Shown here one piece after another: positions 1 to 8,500 of a stretch of DNA of 10,998 nt (position 1 is its first letter; each line of letters opens with the position of its first letter). The DNA is from an uncultured Chroococcidiopsis sp. (GTDB taxonomy: Bacteria; Cyanobacteriota; Cyanobacteriia; Cyanobacteriales; Chroococcidiopsidaceae), in assembly GCA_964248365.1 (NCBI GenBank), contig CAXTYC010000066.1, positions 1 through 10,998 of the forward strand, in the 5' to 3' direction. The translations under genes and the position numbers were made by a program. The notes below the pieces were generated by a model. That model was given only the letters and a program-made list of their open reading frames with translations, had not been told where the DNA came from and did not search any database.

Positions 1-63
1 TTAAAAACTGTAGTCCTTATCCTGTATACCTCAGAGCTTTTCTTCGTGCCATTCAATACAGGG
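1..63 (-). mobile_element. Probable terminus of an insertion sequence (IS1380-like) inserted into the FMN reductase gene
   Basis: Resemblance of ORF 53..415 to FMN reductases ends at ...CFKEK. The minus strand from 63 reads CCCTGTATTGAATGGCACG, similar to the CC-initiated ends of IS1380-family elements (recalled, not searched). The rest of the element would lie outside the window. Confidence 0.4.
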
Positions 64-415
64 TCTTTTCTTTGAAACATACCAATGCCAATGGAGGTTC
101 GTCTGGTTCAGGTCGTGATGCCCAGTCGATGGCATTTTTGAGCAATGGAGTAATAGAACTGTTGTACTCTGGGCAGGAAATCAGGAATCCCTGATGCGCT
201 TTCATCAACCCCTTGAGTTTGAGGGCATTTTCTGGTAGCCCCTCAGCTTCCTCCAAATCTTCGTCATAAAGCGGGAGAGGCAGATTGCGAAAATCCAAGT
301 AGGTGACTTCTGCACCTGCGGCTTTGGCTCCAACAAGCGCAATTTTCACCAGTTTTTTGTTGTAAGAGCCTTGGCGGACGCTCCCAGCAAATGCCAGAAT
401 TTTGGCAGTAGCCAT
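53..415 (-). pseudogene. NADPH-dependent FMN reductase (flavodoxin-like), 3'-truncated
   Basis: Motifs GSVRQGSYN, LPLYDEDLE and PEYNSSITPLLKNAIDWASR are present. The ORF is only 120 aa and lacks the expected downstream S-x-S-P-G-G-x-G-G segment. A GAGG RBS lies upstream (cctc at 421-424). Confidence 0.85.
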
Positions 416-915
416 AAAGTCCTCTTATTTTGTTGAATGGGCGATCGAGGGCGAATATTTAGATTATCCATAATTATCGCGGCGTTATTCTTTACCCGCC
501 CGCCTCCACTGAAGATACGACATCACAATTTTTCCGCCGGACTTAATCGGCGATTCGGTACCCAGGTGAAGAATATCTGCGTCAATTGTGACAACGCACG
601 GCTGAGTCTGTCCCATCCACTTTGGAAATAACGACGCAAACATCAAATGTGTCTGCGTCTGCTTTCTAAAGCATGATCGAGAACGCTGGAGGTAAAACAT
701 TTTTGAATTTTCAGACATGGAGCGGGTACTGATGCATCACTCACTGCTGAATTTGAATTAGACATCCTTCCGGTACGGCGAGTCTGCAACACTGTAAACA
801 GTGCAAGCAGAGCTTGAAACCGCCTCACCTGCACTGTTTTTCAAGACTCATCTGCTTCAACTTGCCCAAAAGCTCATATGAGAACGTTACCTAAAGAAGG
901 CTAGATAAAAAACCA

Positions 916-1830
916 TTAGAGTCTTCTATCTACATCTGAGGGATCTTGCGTATTAATGTCTAATTTTTCTCGACGAACTGTATCTTGGGCTTCAACCGTA
1001 TCTTGCTGTACTTCTTTCCTGATTCTTACTTCCTCACCTACAACCGTTTCTTTGCGAATATCAGGAGTCTCTTCGTATATTTGCATATGTGCCACTTCCC
1101 CTTCACGAAAGGCATTTGCAGGAGAACCTGGAGTACCAGGGTCTGTTGGAGTTACTCGCTCAATCACAACTCGCTCTTTTTCGATTGGGACTGAAACCCG
1201 TGCTGCCTCGGTTTCAACGTGTTTGTTAATCGTTACTTCTCCTACATTGCGAAGGTTTTTAGTTGCAACTAGCCGTTCTTCGTAGAGTTTGAGGGTTTGT
1301 TGATCGGAATCGTTCATCTCGTACAGTTGTGGCTCTTGCTCGTAGGTGTAGGTATCACGAGCATAATTTGCATTGGTAGCTGGAGCTGGGATAGCGCTTG
1401 GAGTAGGAGCTTTATATGCCGTCGGTGTGTCTAAAGGTGCCGATGCTTCTAAAGGTGCTGATGCTTCTAAAGGCACAGTGCGATAAACTCCTCGTACCCG
1501 CTCTTCATAATCGTAATCAATCTTCAAGTCGTCGCTAAACTCAGGTAAATTTTGTGCTTGCTCTTTGGTAAACCCTAGAGCATAGACACGTTTACTGTTC
1601 GGAAAAATACGGGTACGCCCAACTGGTAGCAATACTTGTTTACCAAAAATCCAAAAACCAGTGTCAACAACTAAATACCGGAAACGACCTGCTTCATCAA
1701 CTAGGATATTCTTGACTGTGCCTACCTTCTCATCATCTTTGTCTGTGTAAACATCTAGCCCTACAATATCGTCACGACCAGCAGCGTCCTGGTAGTCTGG
1801 GTCAAAATCTTTAAGTCTGTAAAGAACCAT
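916..1830 (-). CDS. PRC-barrel plus DUF2382 (YsnF/AvaK-type) domain protein
   Basis: N-terminal PRC barrel (DEKVGTVKNILVDEAGRFRYLVVDTGFWIFGKQVLLPVG) and C-terminal DUF2382 motifs (LKLYEERLVATK, VPIEKERVVIER, EEVRIRKEV, DTVRREKLDI). AGGA RBS upstream of the ATG. Confidence 0.92.
   Translation of the reverse strand: MVLYRLKDFDPDYQDAAGRDDIVGLDVYTDKDDEKVGTVKNILVDEAGRFRYLVVDTGFWIFGKQVLLPVGRTRIFPNSKRVYALGFTKEQAQNLPEFSDDLKIDYDYEERVRGVYRTVPLEASAPLEASAPLDTPTAYKAPTPSAIPAPATNANYARDTYTYEQEPQLYEMNDSDQQTLKLYEERLVATKNLRNVGEVTINKHVETEAARVSVPIEKERVVIERVTPTDPGTPGSPANAFREGEVAHMQIYEETPDIRKETVVGEEVRIRKEVQQDTVEAQDTVRREKLDINTQDPSDVDRRL
1430..1475 (-). repeat. In-frame 18-bp tandem repeat (~2.5 units) encoding PLEASA-PLEASA-PLD
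   Basis: tctaaaggtgccgatgct (1430-1447), tctaaaggtgctgatgct (1448-1465), tctaaaggca (1466-1475). Confidence 0.85.
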
Positions 1831-2121
1831 GTTATTCCTATTTGAGTTATCTAAATTGCTTAGAGGTCATTTGTAAAGTAAGCGAACCCCTCTTTGATTG
1901 GTCGAGCAGGAATCAATGGAGGAGCTAGGTGGTTATTAAGGTGAACGCTTATTTTATAAATCAATTCTTAGTGTCTAGAATAAACCTCTCTCGATTCGCT
2001 ACATCCTCCTAAAGACTGAGTTGATTTAGGTTAATATTTGATAAGTAGAACAAGGTGAAAAAACCAAACTGTGTAAAGATAATTTAAATGTACATAATCC
2101 ATTTACCACAGTAACAGTGAC

Positions 2122-3283
2122 ATGGGTAGCCGTTTAAGGGTATTTCTGACTCCCGATCAAGATAAAACTCTGTTTAACCTAAGAACGGCAGATGTACCGC
2201 AGAAAGTGAAAGACAGAGCAGAAGTGATTAGATTGAGCGCACATGGTTGGTACGTAGAGAAGATAGCGGCTCACTTTAATTGGACTGCACAAATAGTGAG
2301 AGAAGTTTTGCATAGATGGAAATAACTAGGTGTGGAAGGGCTTTGGGAAAAACTAGGGCGAGGAGGAAAACCAAGGTGGGCGGAAGCTGACTAGGTGTTT
2401 TTAGAAGAATGTTTAGAGAAAGAACCACGTACATATAACAGCGTTCAGTTAGCCCAAAAACTAGAACAAGAACGCTCGTTGAAATTAAGTCCTGACCACT
2501 TAAGGCAGGTACTTAAAAAAAGGGGATCATCTGGAAGCGAACTAGAAAAAGCCATAAAGGAAAACAAGACCCAGTATTACAATAAATCAAACAGGCAGAC
2601 TTAGAAATGTTGGAATTGTCTGCGGCATTACATTTAGCGCAAAAAATAAAAATTTGACCGTCATATCCAGATCTCTCACTACCAACGAATAAACTTTAAA
2701 ACACGGTCAAATTTTTATTTTCAAGCTTCCTTAACTGGAGAAATCGATTTAAAGTATGTGGATGAATCAGGATTTTGTGCATGGAGCGAACCAAGTTATA
2801 GCTATTACTTTCGAGGCGAGCAGAAACGTTTAGAACAAAGTCAGCGTCGGGGTCGGAGGTTAAGCATCATTGGTTTTCTTCAACATGAAATTAGTTTTGT
2901 GTACGGTTTGGTGATTGGAGGTGTTTCACACAAATCTTATATTCGGATGATGGAAATTGAAGCCGCCGAAGCCGAACAATCGGGACGCATCAGGGTAATA
3001 GTGCAGGATAACGGTCCAATACATCGTTGCAAAGAGGTACAGCAATTATGGTCAAAGTGGGAAGAGATGGGTTTGTACATCTTCTTTTTACCTAAATATT
3101 GTTCCGAAATGAACCCAATTGAATTAGAGTGGCAACACCTGAAAAAAGATGAACTAGCCTCGAAAAGTTTTGAGGATGAGGCGCGACCTTGCTTATGCTG
3201 TGATTGATGGAATTCAAATTAGAGGAGAAAAGGGAAACTACAGTACGCAACGTGTGAAATTTAGCTCTAATCCTTCTGCTTAA
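2122..3283 (+). pseudogene. IS630 transposase pseudogene
   Basis: HTH region, then DESGF, VQDNGPIH and LPKYCSEMNPIELEW motifs. A7G4 slippery site at 2515-2525. Lesions: stops at 2323-2325, 2392-2394 and 2583-2585, a 106-bp insertion at 2628-2733, and a frameshift near 3181-3184. The shifted frame continues DLAYAVIDGIQIRGEKGNY to a stop at 3281-3283. Confidence 0.9.
2628..2733. mobile_element. 106-bp hairpin element, copy 1, inserted in the IS630 transposase
   Basis: Perfect 19-bp inverted repeat (2643-2661 / 2703-2721) around a 41-nt loop. Removing 2628-2733 restores MLELSAA|TGEIDLKYVDESGF in frame. Confidence 0.8.
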
Positions 3284-3478
3284 TTTTCTGTTACATACTT
3301 ATAAATTTCTTCCCCGACTTACTTACTTAGAGAGGATACGCTGGATTGGCTGTTAGCAAAGTATATATTTATCAAGTTTTTCACCCAGATTTTTTTAATA
3401 AATACTAGCGAGCCACGAGTGCCAATTCTTTTAAAGCTAGTTATGGCTTAGCTGCTAAGTTTACCAAAATTTTGTAAA

Positions 3479-4645
3479 ATGAAACATTTTTTAAAGCAAC
3501 CTACGCTCTATCTGGTAATGCTGATTATTGGCAGCAGTGTAGGATGTACCGAGCAAAGAGATAGAGAAGCAAGACTTGCACAACCTGACGCTACTAACAC
3601 TGGACAAAATCCATCCTCTCAAGTTGCTGCCCAGCCAAACAATCTCAATTTTGTCGCCTCAGTTGCCCAAAAGGTAGGGCCTGCGGTTGTACGTATTGAT
3701 GCAACTCGTACTGTAGATGTACCAGCAACTAGTAATCCTTTGATTGAACGTTTTTTTGGTAGTGAATTACCGACTGGGCGAGTCCAACGCGGTATTGGTT
3801 CTGGATTTATTATTAGCTCGGATGGCCGCGTTTTGACTAATGCCCATGTTGTGGAAGGTGCTGATCAAGTCACAGTCGTTCTCAAAGATGGAAGAAGTTT
3901 TGCAGGTAAGGTTATCGGTGCTGACAAGGTAACAGATGTAGCAGTTATCAAAATTGAAGCAAATGGGTTACCAACAGCTCAACCAGCAAATTCTGATAAT
4001 ATTGTGGTTGGACAATGGGCGATCGCTATTGGTAATCCTTTAGGTCTAAATAACACAGTTACTCAAGGCATTGTCAGTGCTACGGGACGTAGTGGATCTG
4101 ATATTGGAGTGCAAGACATACGCCTTGACTTTATCCAAACTGATGCAGCAATTAATCCTGGTAACTCTGGCGGACTTTTGCTCAACGCTCAAGGACAAGT
4201 AATTGGCGTTAACACAGCAATTCTTAGCGGAGCGCAAGGGTTAGGTTTTGCAATACCGATTGAAACAGCACAGCGGGTTGCTAATCAATTAATCACAACT
4301 GGTCGAGTCGAACATCCATATATAGGTGTGCGGCTGATTGAGCTAACACCGGAAATTCAACAGCAAATCAACCAAAGTAATCTTGGTTTTAAAGTCAATC
4401 AAGCGCAAGGAGTCTTAATTGTAGCTGTAGCTCCCAACTCCCCAGCAGCGCGTGGTGGCTTACGTCCTGGTGATATTATTACCTCAGTAAAAGGAGTTCA
4501 AATTCAAAACGCCGATTCTGTCCAAGCTCAAGTACAAGCAACACATGCCTGAAATACTCTTCAATTTGAAGTTAACCGCAATGGTTTACCCCAAACTATC
4601 ACAGTTAAACCAGAGCAATTGCCAGCAGATGCTTCTAATCAATAA
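3479..4645 (+). pseudogene. HtrA/DegP-family (HhoA/HhoB-like) serine protease with PDZ domain and a premature stop at 4550-4552
   Basis: Catalytic motifs TNAHVV, DVAVIK and [17 protein letters not shown] motifs YIGV and [14 protein letters not shown]. After the TGA the same frame continues NTLQFEVNRNGLPQTITVKPEQLP to TAA at 4643-4645. The N-terminal signal ends in a lipobox-like SVGC. Confidence 0.88.
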
Positions 4646-4697
4646 AAAGTAGACAATTGTTAACTACTTAAGATGCTATGCCAAGACTAAAATTGCT

Positions 4698-4803
4698 TTA
4701 GATCTGGCGCAAAAAAAATTGAGGCAGCCCTCTTTAAAGATCTCTCGACTCGCAACCAGTATTCCTAATACAGGGTTGCCTCAATTTTTTCAAGCCTACC
4801 TCT
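4698..4803. repeat. Hairpin element, copy 2 (intergenic)
   Basis: 19-bp inverted repeat (4713-4731 / 4772-4790, one mismatch) around a 40-nt loop. Same flanking and loop motifs as 2628-2733. The right boundary is approximate. Confidence 0.75.
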
Positions 4804-4862
4804 AGAAAGTAAGACATTTTCAAAAATCAAAAGGTATTTGATCACAATTAAGGAGAACGAAG

Positions 4863-5435
4863 ACGACAAATGACTTAAATTCATACCTACCTGTACCAAC
4901 TAAGCAAAAATTTGCAGCTACTTTTCACGTAGTAAGACCGATTAGCTTCTGGGTACAATTATCACTAGGCGCTGTTTCTAGCTTGGCTTTGTTTTTAGCT
5001 ATATTTAGCCGTAATGTCACTGCCCAAACAACGACAAATTCGGTCATGGGGTTTGGAGTCTTTTTAGGCATTATTGGAATTTTAGTGCTGTGCTTTAGAC
5101 TCTATTGGGTGAATCGCTATAGGCGTTTAGATAAACTTTTGCAGTCGCCTAATCGGGAATTACATCCAAGGAAAGAGGACGTAATTCAAGTATTACAAAC
5201 TGCTTTAATCGTCAGTTTGATAGGGCTATTGTTAGCTTTTTTAGCATCTGAAGTAACCGTTATTGCTGTACTATCGAAATCGCTAGCTCTGCCTCAAGGA
5301 GTGGCAGTCTATAGACCTGAAAATGTCATTCGTTCCTTAGATCTTTTTGTGGTTTTGGCAAACGTCAATCTGATTGGCGCTCACCTTGTCGGAAGTATGA
5401 CTTCACTTGGGCTGCTTAACTGGTTAGAGCAATAG
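4863..5435 (+). CDS. DUF3611-like (Tic21/PIC1-related) membrane protein, with ACG at the expected start position
   Basis: The frame is open upstream of the TTG at 4983 and encodes the family-like SFWVQLSLG motif. C-terminal IRSLDLFVVLANVNLIGAHLVG. AGGAG at 4851-4855 lies 7 nt before ACG at 4863. Confidence 0.75.
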   Translation, partial: TTNDLNSYLPVPTKQKFAATFHVVRPISFWVQLSLGAVSSLALFLAIFSRNVTAQTTTNSVMGFGVFLGIIGILVLCFRLYWVNRYRRLDKLLQSPNRELHPRKEDVIQVLQTALIVSLIGLLLAFLASEVTVIAVLSKSLALPQGVAVYRPENVIRSLDLFVVLANVNLIGAHLVGSMTSLGLLNWLEQ

Positions 5436-5445
5436 TAAATAGCAG

Positions 5446-5470
5446 TCGCCCAGATGTTGCATCTGGGCGA
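5446..5470. terminator. Perfect 11-bp hairpin between convergent genes, possible bidirectional terminator
   Basis: tcgcccagatg-ttg-catctgggcga lies 10 nt after the stop at 5435. The U-tract is weak. Confidence 0.5.
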
Positions 5471-5536
5471 ATTTAATAGCAGTTCACGATTTATACTCGT
5501 TCCTGTTTAGGACAAGTTAATTTATTAGAAATTCAA

Positions 5537-8500
5537 CTACAGCGTCATCGGCGCAATAGGTTCAATATCAGGATTTATACCACCAACCTGATTAGTTCGC
5601 AACACCCACGCCGAACCACCCTGTTTGATGAATGCTTCTGTCACCTCATCACTGGTTAAACGAGGTAAGATAGTGCGCCAAGTAAGCAAACTGCGGATTA
5701 AGTTTTGCACTGGATTATCCTCCAGGGTGCTACCTAATACCTCAGCTTGATTTTTCCAGTCTGCTCGTGCCGTTCCCCAAGGCAACAGTATATGTTTCAA
5801 ATCTTTACTTAACCTTTCTAGCTGCTCCAATCTATGCAACTGTGAGGGATGTTGTTGTTTCCATTCCTCAACATTTGGGTGAGAACGAATTGCTCTAGAT
5901 ATTTGCCTCAGCGCAGCATATAAAGCTTGATTGGCATCCTGGGTACAGTTATTTGCAGGTCCAACGAAAGTGCCTCCTGTCCCGTCACCAATGCGATAGC
6001 GAGCCGCCATAATTTCCAATTGATGGATGACTTGATCTAGAGGCGATCGCTTCCAACCGTCCTGGGTTTCATAATCACCAGTAAACCCGTCGAGTTCGAC
6101 TATGGTATCGGCAACTGGACGCAATCCTAGCCATCCAAAGGAGCGATCGCCCATGTAACGCGACCAATGCAGGCTACCTGCAATCAGTCCATCAGTATTA
6201 TGAGTGTAGATTTGGTGATAAACTATCTCGAACCGCAATTCATCGGTTAACGGTTCGAGCACTACTTTGGCAATTCCGTAAGCAAAGTGACCGAAGTAGA
6301 GCGGACTTTTCGCCTTGGGTTCCGTTTTCTTGCCACCAATCCCACCATAGATGTGAATTAGCAACGCCCGTTTACCTTCGTGCGGGGCAGCACTTCTTGC
6401 TTGAATTGTCTTGTCACCCAGCACAACAGAGCTAATTTTACCTTTTTGGGCAGCTAGATTGTCCCAAGACTCTTTTTTGAGATACTTTTTGACTGGCTTT
6501 TTGCCCACAACCATGCGTTGGGGTTCGACCTGCAATAAAATACGAGGGGCTAAAGCCTGCACAATAAACAGCCCTGACTCATCCGGCGCACCATAAATGT
6601 ACCATCCGGTTTCGTTGAGAGGAGATTTTTCAATATTCTTACTGGTTGATGGATAGGTATTATTGCGATTGGCTACTACACAAGGCATTCTGACGATTTC
6701 TTCTGCCCCATCAAATTGCCCATTAGCCCGATTGAAGTGAACGATCCTAAACAAGTCACTTTCTGGCTTAATCGGTTGAACGAATTTTATTAATCCGTAG
6801 TAACGTCCGGTGATTTGAACGGGATCGTGAGAGATGTACAAGATGTGTGGTGTAGGAGAACTGCTTTCACCGTGTGCAGTGTTGGTGTCATTGCCGAATG
6901 AGCGCACCACAACAGGTTCAGGTAGCATCACCATCACGTCATCGTGGGGATGCGAACCTGCTAGCGATTCTAAGGGATTGACAAGTCGCCAGTGATTAAT
7001 TCTCGTCGGATGAATGTTGCCTTGTTGACTGCTATACTCTGCTTGGGCGCTGAAATGCACGTCTTTAGTCACTGCCTGGACGTATGTCTGCACCTGTGGA
7101 TCGTCGCTAAGGCGCAAAATTACGACTTGTCCAACAAGATGTTGAAAATCGCCAGGTGCATGATGTACTTCAAACAACACTCCTTTAATAGCTTGTCGCT
7201 GCTCTTTAGCGGGCAGAATTAATCGTCCCATCCAAGACGCGATCGGTCGGTAATATTCTTGTGACACAGATTGATGAATCGGATAGAACTCTTGTCGATT
7301 GAAAGTTGCTTGCCGATACCGTTCGTAATTACTTAATTTGCGAGGAGTTGCCCGATCCTCGTGTTGGGCAGTGCCAAGTAAAATTCCTACTACCCAATCG
7401 ATGGTTTGTTGCAAGTGAGTGCGACCATCGGGCAGAAGCTGTTCGGAGTCCATTAATCCTCCTGGTACTTGATGCCCGACTGGACCTAGAGAAATCAGGT
7501 TCACTTTGCCCAATCGCTTCGCGCGATTCCAGTAAGACAGGAAGAAGATAGCCCAACGTCCAGGGAACATTCCCGAACCAATACGCTCAACCATATCTTT
7601 GTCACCTACTAGATGATAGAGATGCTCAAGTTTTAGGACATTAATATTGCCACTGATAACGCCGCCGAGGGAAATGACCTCGATGGGTGCAGTCAACGCC
7701 TGTCGCAAAAATGGGGCTGCTGCTGCTGCCATTTGTCCGCCACCACTAAAACCAATTAGGGTAATCGGTACGCTGCTATCGGGTTGGTAGCCCTGTCGGA
7801 TTAGAGCTTGATACATCACCTGGGTAATTCCCAGGTTGTAAATTGGACCGTAGCGTTTGTCAGCAGAAACCGCGACAACCAAAACGTTGCGAATGTTGAC
7901 TAAATAACCAAACAAGCTAGCAGGATTTTTTAGCCGGAATCGGTCAGCCAAGCGCCAGAAGAATCCCAGGGGACGGTTTCCTGTTAGTGGGTTATTGCGG
8001 ACTGAGTAGGGCATGATTCCTTTAATTAGCACCACGTCCTCTGGTAAGACGGGTGCTAAAGAGTCTAGAAACTCTTGAATATCTGGCAGATACTCAAATG
8101 TAGACTGACCAATGCCATCGAGATAAATTACATAACGTGTAACTTTTTGTTGTGGGGTAGGTTGCGACTTCCCTTTTGCATCGGGTGTGGTGTCTAAGCG
8201 ATCGCCATACCAACCCGCCCACCAGCCAAGGGCTTCTAGGGGAGCTAAGAGTGCAGCAGTCACAAGAGCGATGATGCCGATCCAAACTAAATCGAAGACT
8301 AGTTTAAAAATCCCGCCTAGATTTCCATACCAGGCGAACCACCAATAGTGAATCGGTGAAAGGAGGACGATCGTACTAAAAGTTACGCCAGTTAGAATGA
8401 TGATGCCTGGTAACTGCCTAGCTATTGTACTTAGCCTCATACGGCGATTTCTAGCTGTTGTATCAGTCTGCCTTGCGATCGCATGACGTGCTGCGCTTTG

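Larger units (their letters stand above)
2042..3325 (+). mobile_element. IS630-family insertion sequence, degenerate
   Basis: Imperfect terminal IRs TAAGTA...TGTAA (2042-2076 vs reverse complement of 3291-3325, about 20/35 identical) with TA at both outer ends. The element encloses an HTH + DDE transposase. Confidence 0.85.

Noticed and set aside
437..834. Short ORFs 437..631 (+), 485..718 (-) and 643..834 (-)
   Set aside because: They overlap each other and show no recognisable motifs or convincing RBS, so they are not supportable as genes.
956..1285. Plus-strand ORFs 956..1285 and 985..1194
   Set aside because: Antisense shadows of the DUF2382 gene.
55..4776. Shared 10-mer AATACAGGGT at 55-64 and 4767-4776
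   Set aside because: Short and absent from hairpin copy 1, so probably coincidence. It gives no support for linking the hairpin family to the IS end at 1-63.
2628..4803. Hairpin elements read as simple Rho-independent terminators, attC sites or CRISPR repeats
   Set aside because: The 40-nt conserved loops and the intragenic insertion do not fit a plain terminator, although copy 2 may also terminate htrA. There are no RYYYAAC/GTTRRRY ends and no repeat-spacer array.
886..4814. Loosely similar motifs near gene ends or starts (cctaaaga at 890 and 2008, cttagaga at 3326, cctctagaaag at 4799)
   Set aside because: Could be a regulator site, but too degenerate to support without motif statistics.
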